DNA from: Bacillota bacterium
GTDB lineage: Bacteria; Bacillota; Sulfobacillia; Sulfobacillales; Sulfobacillaceae
Direction of reading: 5' to 3'
Assembly (NCBI GenBank): GCA_023511625.1
Contig: JAIMBD010000008.1
Location: forward strand, 12,969 to 76,968
Length of the DNA stretch: 64,000 bases
The notes beneath the pieces were generated by a model. That model did not search any database. It saw only the letters and a list, made by a program, of their open reading frames with translations, and was not told the origin of the DNA. Each line of letters starts with the position of its first letter. Position 1 is the stretch's first letter. Below are positions 37,244-47,038 of the stretch, one piece after another. Position numbers and translations under genes: made by a program.

Positions 37244-38752
37244 ATGGCTGAGACTCCGTCTCGCACGGTGCGGTTTGTGGATACCACCCTGCGCGACGGC
37301 GCCCAGAGCCTTTGGGCGTCGCAGATGCGCACCGGCATCATCGAAGCGGTGGGCCCCCTCTTGGACGAGGCCGGTTACCTCGCCGTCGAGGTGCCCATGA
37401 ACCCGACATTTTTCAAGAAGTTCGTCCGCGACATGAAGGAAGACCCCTGGCAGATGGCGCGCGTCATCGCCGAGGTGATGCCGAAGTCGCTCAAGGCCTG
37501 TATGGCCGGCCACACCATCGACGCCTTCGGCCCGCCGCCACCGCCCGAGATGGTGCAGCTGTTCTACGGGCGGCTGGCCCAGATCGGGGCGCTCAACCGG
37601 GTGCAGGTGATGTCCAACACTGCCGGCCAGATCCCTACCGTCTTCCCTTGGCTCATCCCCTTCTTCAAGTCGGTGGGCTTCAAGGTCATGATGGCGCTCG
37701 CCTTCACCATCTCCCCGCGCCACACCGACGCCTACTACGCCGCCAAGGCGCGGGAGGTGGCGGCGTTTGGGCCCGACGGCATCTACCTCAAGGACCAAGG
37801 GGGGCTCTTGACGCCCGAGCGGGTGCGCACGCTGTTGCCGGCGATCATGGAGAACGCTGGGGGCCTGCCAGTGGAGGTGCACACGCACGGTACGGCCGGG
37901 ATGTCGGACGCGGTCTACGTGGAGGCCTTGAAGGCGGGGGCACGCGTGGTCCATACCGGCATCCCCCCCTTGGCCCGCGGGGCGGCCCAGCCCGCCATCT
38001 TCGACGTGCTGGAAAACCTCGCCTATCTTGGGCTCGAGGGCCAGGTCGACCTGGAGCGGGTGCGCGAGGTCTCCCGGCGCCTTTACGCGATTGCCGAAGA
38101 AGAGGGGTGGCCGGCCGGCACCACCTTGGCCTACGACTATGGGCAGTACGTCCACCAAGTGCCGGGCGGTGTCATCTCCAACCTCCGCCACCAGCTGGCC
38201 GAACTCGGGCTGCAGGACCGCATCCGCGAGGTGTTGGAGGAGGCGGCCCGCATCCGTGCCGAGCTCGGCTATCCTATCATGATCACCCCTCACTCCCAGT
38301 TCGTGGTCACCCAGGCGGCCATCAACGTGGCCGTCGGCGAGCGATGGAAGGTGGTCATCGACGAGCTCATCCTCTTTGCGCAAGGGGCGTTTGGGGAAGA
38401 CTCGGGATATCCGTGGATGGACGAAAACCTGCGGGAAAAGCTCTTGGGTCTGCCGCGGGCCAAGGAGCTCCAGGACCACGCCCAGCGCGCGCCCAAGGCC
38501 AGCGTCCGGGCGCTCCGGGAAGAGCTCGGGGGACCAGACCTTTCCGACGAGGAATTCCTGTTGCGCTATCTCATGAAGGGCGACCGCGAGATCCGAGCCA
38601 TGCGGGCAGCCGGCCCGCCGAAGCGCTACCGCCTGCTCCAACCCGGGCCGCTCGTCCACTTGGTGGAGACCTTGAGCCAAGCCGGAGAGATCGGGTATGT
38701 GCGGGTGGAAAATCACGGCGACGTGGTAGTGCTGGCGCGCAGCGGACAGTGA
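37244..38752 (+). CDS. Pyruvate carboxylase subunit B / oxaloacetate decarboxylase alpha-type carboxyltransferase (no biotinyl domain)
   Basis: GAAGGAGG SD. Motifs VRFVDTTLRDGAQSLWA, LKDQGGLLTP, EVHTHGTAGM, and YVHQVPGGVISNL. Confidence 0.8.
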   Translation: MAETPSRTVRFVDTTLRDGAQSLWASQMRTGIIEAVGPLLDEAGYLAVEVPMNPTFFKKFVRDMKEDPWQMARVIAEVMPKSLKACMAGHTIDAFGPPPPPEMVQLFYGRLAQIGALNRVQVMSNTAGQIPTVFPWLIPFFKSVGFKVMMALAFTISPRHTDAYYAAKAREVAAFGPDGIYLKDQGGLLTPERVRTLLPAIMENAGGLPVEVHTHGTAGMSDAVYVEALKAGARVVHTGIPPLARGAAQPAIFDVLENLAYLGLEGQVDLERVREVSRRLYAIAEEEGWPAGTTLAYDYGQYVHQVPGGVISNLRHQLAELGLQDRIREVLEEAARIRAELGYPIMITPHSQFVVTQAAINVAVGERWKVVIDELILFAQGAFGEDSGYPWMDENLREKLLGLPRAKELQDHAQRAPKASVRALREELGGPDLSDEEFLLRYLMKGDREIRAMRAAGPPKRYRLLQPGPLVHLVETLSQAGEIGYVRVENHGDVVVLARSGQ

Positions 38753-38769
38753 AGGAGGAGGCGCAGGCG

Positions 38770-39600
38770 ATGGGATTGCGCGCGGTCATGGACCGATGGC
38801 GCCCGGTCAAGGAGCGGCGGAGCGCCATTCACGCCGCGGCCATGGTGCTGCCGCCCGGGCGATACGAGGACTTCGACCCCTTTTTGATGATGGCCGAAGA
38901 CTGGTTTCGGCAGGGGACCTTTGCCGAGCACCCGCATCGCGGGATCGAGACCGTGACCTACGTCATCGCCGGCCATCTCGCCCACTACGACAGCACTTCC
39001 GGTCACGCCGGCACCTTGGGCCCTGGGGATGTGCAGTGGATGACAGCCGGCCGCGGCGTCATCCACCTCGAGGACCCGGTGCCGGGGGAAGAGGTGCACA
39101 GCCTGCAGCTGTGGGTCAATCTCCCCCGCGCCGAGAAGCTTTGCGCCCCCCGGTATCAGGACTTAAGGGTAGAGGCGATGCCCACCGTGACCCAAGACGG
39201 CATCACGGCCCGCCTCTATTCGGGGGAACTTTTTGGCGTGGTGGCCCCGACGGCCAACGTCGTGCCGGTGACCATGGCCGAGATTGGGGTGCCGGAAGGG
39301 GGGGCCGGCCATGTGCCCATCGCCTCCCGCCACCGGGGGTTTGTCTACGTCCTTGAGGGCGCGGGGCGGTTTGGGGAAAACGGCGTAGCGGCGTCGGCGG
39401 GCGAGGTGCTGTGGCTTTCCGACGAGGGGGTGGCCTTGCCGGTGCAAGCGGGGGCGCCCCTGCGTTTTCTGCTCTTCACCGGCGTGCCGCTCGGCGAGCC
39501 GGTGGTGGCCTACGGCCCCTTTGTCATGAACAGCATGGACGAGATCCGCGAGGCCTTCCGCGATTACCAACTCGGTCGGTTTGCGACCCCCTCTTCCTAG
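38770..39600 (+). CDS. Pirin-family protein
   Basis: HPHRGIETVTYVI.G...H.DS.G..G.L.PGDVQWMTAGRGVIH.E and the C-terminal cupin GPFVMNS..EI..A..DY. Confidence 0.9.
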   Translation: MGLRAVMDRWRPVKERRSAIHAAAMVLPPGRYEDFDPFLMMAEDWFRQGTFAEHPHRGIETVTYVIAGHLAHYDSTSGHAGTLGPGDVQWMTAGRGVIHLEDPVPGEEVHSLQLWVNLPRAEKLCAPRYQDLRVEAMPTVTQDGITARLYSGELFGVVAPTANVVPVTMAEIGVPEGGAGHVPIASRHRGFVYVLEGAGRFGENGVAASAGEVLWLSDEGVALPVQAGAPLRFLLFTGVPLGEPVVAYGPFVMNSMDEIREAFRDYQLGRFATPSS

Positions 39601-39863
39601 CTTCTGCCTTGACTGAACCGAAGCGAACACGCCCTATCCGTTGGGCCTCTCGTCCTGGGGCTTGGCTCCGGCCCCGACGGGAGGCTTCTTGGTGCGTCCG
39701 GAAGGGCGGCCGTCATCCCCCTCCGGCGCTCGGGGTCGCGCTCTCCCCCAAGGGCGAAGGCGTCAAGACCAGGAGTTTTGGCCCACCTGTCGAACCCGTT
39801 CGGCATAGGATGCCATCATCCACCATGGTGAGGCGGAGTCTGGGCTATTTGAGGAGGGAGAGC

Positions 39864-40175
39864 ATGGTGACGCGATTCGTGATGGATCCCCATCCCTTGA
39901 CCCTTCCGCCGGAAGAGCGGGTGCTGGCGGCGCGGTGGGTGGTCGACACCCATCCGGAAGAGACGGCCTTCGTCACCGACGCCGACGGCCGACTCCTGGG
40001 CCTTTTGCTTCGCGACCGGGTCTTCCAAAGCCCTCCCCACTGTCGGGTGATGGAGGTGATGGTTCCCCGAGAGGAGATTGAGGCGGTGGACCCCGAGGCG
40101 CCTGTGGCGCGAGTGAAGACGGTGTTGGCGCGACATCCGGAGTGGGGCGGGGTGCCGGTAGTCAAAGGGGACTAG
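39864..40175 (+). CDS. Small CBS-domain-like protein
   Basis: GAGGAGGG SD plus ATG 39864. 103 aa with VTDADGRLLGLLLRDRVF and GGVPVV segments. Confidence 0.55.
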   Translation: MVTRFVMDPHPLTLPPEERVLAARWVVDTHPEETAFVTDADGRLLGLLLRDRVFQSPPHCRVMEVMVPREEIEAVDPEAPVARVKTVLARHPEWGGVPVVKGD

Positions 40176-40178
40176 CTC

Positions 40179-41297
40179 GTGGGATGGGTGCGCCCGAAGG
40201 CCGTGGCGGCGGTCCTCCATGCGCCGCCGGCTGGGGGGGCGCCCGCGCCGGCCATCCCGTTCGCGGAGCTGTTGGACACCATGCCCGGCGGGGCGCTTTG
40301 GGTGGACGCCAGTGGGGTGGTGCGCTACCTCAATGCGGCAGGGGCGGCCCTTTTGGGCGTGCAGGCGGAGGAGATCGTGGGCCGGCCCTACGAGGTCTTG
40401 GCGGCTGCGGTCTTCCCCGACATGTTGAGTTACCTGCGCCAAAGCGCCATCCCGCTCCTGTTGCAGGGCGGCCGCGTGCCGCCGGAACGTCGCCTGACTC
40501 TGCCCGATGGGCGCACGGTACTGGTCCGGCAGGCCGCCTTGACCCACCCGGGCTCCGGACGGGGCGTCGTCGTGACCTTCATGGACGTCACGGCCTTGGT
40601 ACAGGCCGAGCTTAAGGCGCGGGCGGCGGCCGACGAGGTGGAGCGCGCGTTCGGCCTGACGCTACCCAACAGCAAAGTGGAGGCCAAACTCAAGGCGTCT
40701 CCGGAGTACCGCGACCGCTACGACCCCGTGACCGGCCGGGCCCGGGTCCTTGAGGTCATTCCCGACGGAACTTACCGCCACGTCATCAACGGGCTGCGCA
40801 TCCTCGCCGACCTCAACGCCTTGGGCGTGTTTCAACTGGTCGGATTCGACAAGGACACTCTGGTCCAGGCCTTCATCTTCCACGACGTGGGCAAAGAGCA
40901 GCCGGTGCTGACCGAAGGCCAGGAATTCGTGCCGCGCGAGACCTTCGAGCCAAGCCCGCTGCACGCGGTGCGTAGCGCCGACTGGGCGCGGGCCTACTAC
41001 GGCATCTCGGAGGCGGTGGAACAGATCATCCGCTACCACCACACGCCGGAGGCCGAGTTGCCGGCGACCTTCCCCTCGGCCTTGCGCCCCATGTGGCGAC
41101 TGTTCCAAGTGGTCGATGGACTGTCGGCGGCCGTGACGCGGCGCGACGCCGTCATCCGCGAGCTGCGCCTGGAGGGCACTCGTCTTTGGGTGTGGGAGGA
41201 CAACCCCGACCCCCGCTACCGGCAGCGTTATGCCCTGGCCTTGTACAGCGGACAGCGCACCGCACTCGAGGCCGGGGCCGCCCATTTAGGGGGATAG
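40179..41297 (+). CDS. PAS-domain plus HD-domain signalling protein
   Basis: PAS-like LLDTMPGGALWVDASGVVRYLNAAGAALLGV...IVGRPY. The later FIFHDVGK and IIRYHH fit an HD-type phosphohydrolase. No GYP motif. Confidence 0.65.
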   Translation: MGWVRPKAVAAVLHAPPAGGAPAPAIPFAELLDTMPGGALWVDASGVVRYLNAAGAALLGVQAEEIVGRPYEVLAAAVFPDMLSYLRQSAIPLLLQGGRVPPERRLTLPDGRTVLVRQAALTHPGSGRGVVVTFMDVTALVQAELKARAAADEVERAFGLTLPNSKVEAKLKASPEYRDRYDPVTGRARVLEVIPDGTYRHVINGLRILADLNALGVFQLVGFDKDTLVQAFIFHDVGKEQPVLTEGQEFVPRETFEPSPLHAVRSADWARAYYGISEAVEQIIRYHHTPEAELPATFPSALRPMWRLFQVVDGLSAAVTRRDAVIRELRLEGTRLWVWEDNPDPRYRQRYALALYSGQRTALEAGAAHLGG

Positions 41298-41403
41298 GAC
41301 GGCATGGCGAGGGGGTGTGCGCGCCGGTGTGGTGCCTGAAGGCAACGCGCGGGCCCCAGGCGGCCCGCGCGCGCGCAAAGCGCCGGCCCCTCCCGGCCAT
41401 CCG

Positions 41404-42252
41404 TTACCGGTGGCAGCGCCCAGACACCGGGACCGAATCTGGGGGGGCGCGGAAAGCGGGGGCCAGCTCCGGCGGCCCCAACCAGAACCCCTGCCCTAAG
41501 GCGATGCCGCACTGCACCAGCGTGCGGCGTTCGGCTTCGGTTTCGATTCCTTCGGCCAGTACCCACACCGTCGGCGCAAGCGCGTGGAGGAGGTCGCTTA
41601 ACCCGCGCAACAGCACCTGACGGGCCGGGTCTTGGTCGATGCCGCGAATGACGCCGAGGTCGAGCTTGACTACGTCCACTCCCGGCGGATGCAGGTCCCT
41701 CAGCGAAGTGACGCCTTGTCCGAAGTCGTCCATGGCCACTCGCGCACCCAATCGGCGAAAGGCGGCCACGACGGCGGGCGGGAGGGGGTGGCGTTCCGAC
41801 AGCTCGATGACGGTGTGTGGCCAAGGCAGGTGGGCTGGGGGCGGCACACGTTGGTCCCAGTTGACGAAGAGAAACTCGGAGGGCTTGAGGACAGCTGGCG
41901 CGTGCTCGGCCGCAAGCGCCCAGGCCCGGTGGGCCAGATCCGGCAACCACCCCTCGCGAAAGGCGCGGTCAAACCAGGACAAGACCTTGAGGGATCGGCC
42001 CCCGGGGCCGCGCAGGAGGGCCTCGTAGCCGATGCGCCGTTCGGCTGCAAGGTCAAAGACAGGCTGAAAGGCTATCGTCAGGTGCGTCAAGAGTCTCTCC
42101 CGAACACCCAATGCCTGATCGCTCCCGGTCTTGGCTCTCCGGGGGCGGGCGGGTTCGGTCGGGCGAAACGGGCGCACGCCGCGGGACGGCGGCGCGTGTA
42201 AAAACCAGGGCTCCCCCCAGAAAAAGCCGCGTAATGGATAGTACTGCACCAA
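41404..42252 (-). CDS. EAL-domain protein (putative c-di-GMP phosphodiesterase)
   Basis: FQPVFDL...IGYEALLRG, IELSE, AMDDFGQG, VKLD, and AEGIETEAE...GIALGQGF. The start codon is uncertain. Confidence 0.75.
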   Translation of the reverse strand: MVQYYPLRGFFWGEPWFLHAPPSRGVRPFRPTEPARPRRAKTGSDQALGVRERLLTHLTIAFQPVFDLAAERRIGYEALLRGPGGRSLKVLSWFDRAFREGWLPDLAHRAWALAAEHAPAVLKPSEFLFVNWDQRVPPPAHLPWPHTVIELSERHPLPPAVVAAFRRLGARVAMDDFGQGVTSLRDLHPPGVDVVKLDLGVIRGIDQDPARQVLLRGLSDLLHALAPTVWVLAEGIETEAERRTLVQCGIALGQGFWLGPPELAPAFRAPPDSVPVSGRCHR

Positions 42253-42381
42253 GAATATTTGCAGTACGATTCACATTCCACAATACCCGGTTTCCCGACG
42301 GTTTCCAAAAATTAAGCGGCGAATTTGTCGGGATCTGTCGAAGGGCTTAACGCGGCCGACGCGACCGGCCCGCGGCGACGG

Positions 42382-43239
42382 TCATCGGGGTAAAAGGGCC
42401 CAAAATCCGCCCGCGCTGGAAGCCAATCCCCAGAGGAGGCCCAAGGCTCCGAGTGCCGCCGAGATCCAGGCCAGGCCGCCGAACCGGTGGCGCACGAAGT
42501 ACTGGAGGAGGTAGCGGGCCGAAAGCCAAGCCGTGACCAACGCGCACAAGCCCCCCACGGCTGCCGCGGGCAGCATGCCGCTGGCCACTGCGCCGTGGCG
42601 CAATTGGGGGAGCTCTACCAAGCCGGCGGCGAAGATGATGGGGGTGGCCAGAAGAAAGCTGAAGCGGGCAGCCGATGCGTAGTCGAGACCGCTTAGCACG
42701 CCAGCGGCGACGGTCAGTCCCGTGCGCGAGAGGCCGGGGATGAGGGCCAAGGCTTGGCAGCCTCCGACGAAGCAGGCGCGTCCCACCGGAAGGTGGGCGA
42801 AGTCCCGGCGGGGGCCGAGGCGACGGGAGATCCGGTCGACCGTCCCCATGACCAAGGCGTTGACGAGAAGAAAACGAGCGGCCCACCCGGGGTCGCCGAA
42901 GAGGGCAGCTAAGCGGTGGCGCAAAAGCAGGCCCAAAAGCCCGGCGGGGATCGTGGCCCAGACCACCAGCCAAGCTTCGCGACCGGCAGGGTTGTGTCGA
43001 CCGCCGAGCCACTGGACCCATCCCCGCAAAAGCCGTCCCCATTCTCGGCCTAGGGTCGAAAGCAGGGCCAGGGCCGTACCTACGTGCAAGGCTACGAGAA
43101 ACGGCAGGTACCGCGCCCCATCTGGCACCGGGATACCTAAGAGGTGGGGGACCAGGACCAAAAGCCCAAGACTCGAGAACGGAAAGAGTTCGGCCACGCC
43201 TTGCAGTACCCCAAGCCCGGCCGCCGCCAAAAGACTCAT
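42382..43239 (-). CDS. uppP: Undecaprenyl-diphosphate phosphatase
   Basis: GVLQGVAELFPFSSLGLLVL, PGLSRTG, and a multi-TM profile typical of BacA/UppP. Confidence 0.9.
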   Translation of the reverse strand: MSLLAAAGLGVLQGVAELFPFSSLGLLVLVPHLLGIPVPDGARYLPFLVALHVGTALALLSTLGREWGRLLRGWVQWLGGRHNPAGREAWLVVWATIPAGLLGLLLRHRLAALFGDPGWAARFLLVNALVMGTVDRISRRLGPRRDFAHLPVGRACFVGGCQALALIPGLSRTGLTVAAGVLSGLDYASAARFSFLLATPIIFAAGLVELPQLRHGAVASGMLPAAAVGGLCALVTAWLSARYLLQYFVRHRFGGLAWISAALGALGLLWGLASSAGGFWALLPR

Positions 43240-43504
43240 GTTCGCCCTCCTGGTAACGAAAGCGCTGCATCGAAGCGGTACCCTTCTGACGGTAACGCGG
43301 TCGGATTAAGACCGCGCAAAGACAGTGGGAACCTCCGGTTACGGTCCGGTTAAGCCCGAGGCATCCCCGCCCAGGCTTTTCGATCCCGCATCTTAACGCG
43401 TCCTTCACGTCCGCTTCCCCGGATTTAAAGACTCGTCGCGTAGACTCTGGCCAGACGCGCTGGGGATGGCTGCGACGGCGAAGGACCGAAAGGGGGGGGA
43501 AGCG

Positions 43505-43675
43505 ATGTCCGGCGTGGTGGCAGGGATTTTGTTCGGCGCTGCGGTCTTGGCCGGGGGAGGCTCGGGGCGCGCGGCGGCCATTGGGTTTTTGGCAAGCGCC
43601 GTGGTGGGGTGGATCGACGCGTGGTGGGCAAGGCGGCACCAGCTGGCGACCGGTGGCGAGGACCTTTGGCCTTGA
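43505..43675 (+). CDS. Small hypothetical membrane protein
   Basis: MSGVVAGILFGAAVLAGGG...GFLASAVVGWIDAWW gives two hydrophobic segments. No other support. Confidence 0.3.
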   Translation: MSGVVAGILFGAAVLAGGGSGRAAAIGFLASAVVGWIDAWWARRHQLATGGEDLWP

Positions 43676-43899
43676 CCAGAAGGTGGAAGGTAGCCGCGGC
43701 GGCATTCGGTCGTCCTTCAGGGCTTGAGCGTCAGGAGGGGGCAAGGTCGGGCGGGGATGTTTCCGGAGGGGCCTTTGCCGGTGACCTTGGCGGCCTTCTT
43801 GGTTCGTGGGCAGGCAGGAAATGGGAGGGCGGTGGCGAGTGCGCGGGATAGGACCTTCCGTGTCCGTGGCCCGGCCCAGAGGGCAAGGGGAAGCCGCCG

Positions 43900-44640
43900 A
43901 TGCCGGCGCGGCGCAGGCGGCCGGCGCTCCTGGGAGGCGGGGTGGGCTTGGCGGGGGCGGCCGGGGATGGGGGCGGGCCTGCTTTTCTCTCGGGGACCGA
44001 GCGCGGGGGCAGGGTCCACTCCGGCAGGGGGGATCGTCGAGGGGGTGGCCACCGAGTCGGTAACCCCAGACCAGGCGCGCATCGACTTCGGAGAGACGGT
44101 CGACTCCATCGGCGGCGGCGTCGACGCCGTGGGCGCGCGGCTCGGGGCGGTGGTGCGGGCGCTTTGGGCCCAAGGCATGGCGTCCGGCGCGACGAAGCCC
44201 ACCGGCATCAACCTCGTGCCCGAGGTCGCCCCGGGTAACCCTGAAACGATTGCAGGATACCCGGCCCGCGAGAGCTTGGCAGTGACGGTGGCGAACCTTG
44301 GAGCCGTAGGGGCCGACATCGACCGCGCAATGGCGGCGGGAGCGAATGCGATCGAGGGCATCACCTTCCTGCCGGCCCACCCGTAGGCGGTTTCAGCGAC
44401 CGCCTGGGAAAGGCGGCGCTTTACGATGCCGCGGCCAAGGCCTCGGCCTTGGCCCAGGCGGAGGGGGAGCATCTTCGGGGCATCGTCTCCATCGACACCG
44501 CGCCAGCCGGCGAGCCCGCGGCCGCGATGGGCGCAGCGTCGGCAGTTCCGGTCTATCCGGGGCCGCAGACCACGCCCGTGACGGTGGTCGGGCGACCGCA
44601 TCGGACGCTGAAGCTGGCACCGAGGGCGCGACGGAAAGGC
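43900..44640 (+). pseudogene. SIMPL/DUF541-like periplasmic protein, apparently frameshifted
   Basis: The 43724 frame gives GIVEGVATESVTPDQARIDFGE...TGINLVPE...IAGYPARESLAVTVANLGAVGADIDRAMAAGANAIEGITF and then stops at 44384-44386. Another frame continues AALYDAAAKASALAQAEGEHLRGIVSID. Confidence 0.5.
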
Positions 44641-45123
44641 GAAGGGGCTCGGACCCGGCTCTGCCGTCTCCGACGGCCGACGCCGGATGAGGTCTTGACG
44701 TTGGGCCCTGCCACTTCCTGCCGCCGAGGTTGCAGGCGAGGCCTTGCCCATTCTCCCCGGGGGTCGTCGCGGGTGCGAGGACCGGAAGGCTCCGGGCTTC
44801 GGGCAGGGCCTGCTGGGTTTTGGAGAGCGAGATCGCCCCGGGCGCGCGCAGGCACCGGTCCAAGGCGAGCCGGGCTGGTGGCCGGTAAGCTGGTAAACCA
44901 TGATGGCCCCGCTCGCATCCTGGCCTTGACCGGGCCGGAGGCCGTCGGAGGTCCCGCGCACCGCATGGGCCGGCTTGCTCTGGGGAAGACGTGCCCCTGC
45001 AATCCCCGTCGGTTTTGCAGGCCCCGAGAACGGGTGGTTGCGAGGGGCTTTTTCTTCTGGCCGCCTGTTGCTACCCTCAAGAGAAGGGCCGGATGGGGAG
45101 CGTTTTTGGGGCGGAGGGGTGCC

Positions 45124-45684
45124 GTGAATCCAGCCATCGATGTCCTGTTTTTGGTGAGGCTTGGGCTTGAATGGGTCACAGTGCGGCGGCGGCTGCGGCC
45201 CGGGGCTGCCGTGCGCGACCGCGGAAGCCGGTGGGCCATCGCCGTGGCCATGGCGGTGGCGCTGGGAGGGGCTGATGTCGCCTTGGCCCGCGCCGCTGTG
45301 GTCCGCATCCCGCCCTGGCCGGAGGCCGTGCGGTTCGGTGGCCTTTTTCTCATGGCGGCCGGTATCGGGTTTCGGCAATGGGCCATCCAGACGCTCGGGC
45401 CGTGGTTTTCCCCGCGGGTGACCTTGGAAGCCGACCAGGTGTTGGTCACGCGCGGTCCGTACCGCGTCCTGCGCCATCCGGCCTACGCCGGGGCGTGGCT
45501 TGCCGTGACGGGGGCCGGGATCGCCACGGGGTACACCGCAGCCGCGGTGGTCTTGGCTTCGGTGCCCCTGTTCGGCTGGCTCTATCGCATCCAGGTGGAA
45601 GAGCAGGCGTTGGCGGAGCGATTTGGCGAAGCGTGGCAGCAGTATGCCCGGCGGACGTGGCGCCTCTTTCCGGGGGTCTACTGA
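45124..45684 (+). CDS. Isoprenylcysteine carboxyl methyltransferase (ICMT/PEMT) family membrane protein
   Basis: GGAGGGG SD plus GTG 45124. LVTRGPYRVLRHPAYAGAWL...EEQALAERFGEAWQQYARRT. Confidence 0.8.
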   Translation: MNPAIDVLFLVRLGLEWVTVRRRLRPGAAVRDRGSRWAIAVAMAVALGGADVALARAAVVRIPPWPEAVRFGGLFLMAAGIGFRQWAIQTLGPWFSPRVTLEADQVLVTRGPYRVLRHPAYAGAWLAVTGAGIATGYTAAAVVLASVPLFGWLYRIQVEEQALAERFGEAWQQYARRTWRLFPGVY

Positions 45685-45781
45685 CGGATTGGAAGCCCGC
45701 CAGCGGCTTATCGCGCTTTTTCCACCACTTGGTTGATCTCGTCTGCTGCATCCGTTACCATCGAAGGTGAGGATCAACCAG

Positions 45782-46282
45782 ATGGTTGAAAAGGTGGGGA
45801 TGCCCGTGGGCGGTTTTCGGCGGTGGCTGCACTGGGGGCTCGGCCTGCAACTGATCCTGCTGGGGGCCGAGTTTCTCTTGGGAATGGCCGTCAACCTCTG
45901 GGTAGCGGTGCCGGTCCACCATCCCGGCGCCGCCGCGCCTGATTACTTTGCCGGGCTGCTTCGGGGAATCCCCTGGGCGTTTTGGCACCTCGGCGGCCTC
46001 TTTGCGGCCCACGTGCTCTTGGGCTTGGCCGTGTGGCTAATGGCTGCAGGATTGCTCGTCGGGGCCTGGCGGACGGAGGAAGCGGCCGTGCGCTGGGCCA
46101 CTTTGGCCGGATGGGTCGGCATCACCGGAGCCGGGTTCAACGGCGGCAGTTTTCTCAACTACAACCACGCCTTCAGCTCGTTTTTGATGGCGCTGGGGTT
46201 TTGGCTGGCGGCGGGCTGCTACGTCTGGAGTTGGGGCTTGACGGCAGCCATCGGTCGTCCGGAGGTGAGCCGGCGTGGATAG
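45782..46282 (+). CDS. Hypothetical 4-5 TM membrane protein
   Basis: Hydrophobic profile. It overlaps the downstream TetR gene by 8 nt. Confidence 0.55.
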   Translation: MVEKVGMPVGGFRRWLHWGLGLQLILLGAEFLLGMAVNLWVAVPVHHPGAAAPDYFAGLLRGIPWAFWHLGGLFAAHVLLGLAVWLMAAGLLVGAWRTEEAAVRWATLAGWVGITGAGFNGGSFLNYNHAFSSFLMALGFWLAAGCYVWSWGLTAAIGRPEVSRRG

Positions 46283-46985
46283 GCGGGGGCGGCGGGCGGC
46301 CATCGTGGCAGCTGCCACCCAAGAGATCGCCGAGCGGGGACTCGAAGGGTTTCGACTACGGGCCGTGGCCGAGCGGGTGGGGCTCCATCACGCGACGGTG
46401 CTGCACTACTTTCCTACCAAGGAGGCGCTCCTAAGGGCAGTAGTCGAGGCGCTCCTCGAAGCCCTGCGCCAGGAGGGTCGGGCGCAGCCGGCCAAGACGC
46501 CCTGGGAGGCCTTGGAACAGGAGTGGCACGATCTCGGGCGTCGGCTGTCCGAGGCCCCGGCCTTTTTCGTGGTGCTGGCCGAGTTCGAACTGCGCGCCTT
46601 CCGCGACCCGGCCGTGGCATCGGCCTTGCACCCGCTGTTCTCGGCTTGGCGGGAATATCTTCAGGAGCTCGTCAGGCGGGGGATGGCAGCGGGCGCGATG
46701 CGGCGCGACCTTCCGGTGGCGGCGGTCGTGGAGTCCCTGATGGTGCAGTTTCGCGGCTTTGGCCTGCGCGTGCTCGACGGCGTCGAGGGGGCCGCGTTGG
46801 CGGAGGAGATCGGGGCGGCGTGGGCGGTGTGGCGCCGGGGATTGGCCCCGGCCGAAGGGGAGGCCGATGCCTCGCCGTCGCCGTGGGAGACTTCGGGGGA
46901 TACTCCGGTCGGGCCGCACCGGCTTAACCGGGCGTTAATGGGAGGCACGCCAAAGCTTAAATGGCGCTTAATTTCGCCGTGCTAG
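46275..46985 (+). CDS. TetR/AcrR-family transcriptional regulator
   Basis: RRAAIVAAATQEIAERGLEGFRLRAVAERVGLHHATVLHYFPTKEALL. Confidence 0.85.
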   Translation: MDRRGRRAAIVAAATQEIAERGLEGFRLRAVAERVGLHHATVLHYFPTKEALLRAVVEALLEALRQEGRAQPAKTPWEALEQEWHDLGRRLSEAPAFFVVLAEFELRAFRDPAVASALHPLFSAWREYLQELVRRGMAAGAMRRDLPVAAVVESLMVQFRGFGLRVLDGVEGAALAEEIGAAWAVWRRGLAPAEGEADASPSPWETSGDTPVGPHRLNRALMGGTPKLKWRLISPC

Positions 46986-47038
46986 GGTGGAAGCGGACGC
47001 GCGTCGCCTGTTGGCTCGACTGTCGAAGGAGGTATCTC

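Noticed and set aside
37312-38769. N-terminal 486 codons of the 762-aa ORF 37312-39600.
   Set aside because: Only the last 276 codons (from ATG 38770, with a GAAGGAGG SD) match pirin. The upstream part is an alternate frame of the carboxyltransferase gene.
40179-41297. Possible HD-GYP c-di-GMP phosphodiesterase next to the EAL gene.
   Set aside because: HD-like His/Asp motifs are present (FHDVGK, RYHH), but no GYP signature is visible. It is called only as PAS plus HD.
43717-45894. 725-aa minus-strand ORF. Similar giants occur at 42347-44380 minus, 36707-38716 minus, 9717-11321 minus, 24819-26660 minus and 19438-21633 minus.
   Set aside because: Their composition is dominated by R/P/G/A with no motifs. 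They lie antisense to, or out of frame with, genes that have clear family signatures. This is the typical stop-codon-poor artefact of GC-rich DNA.
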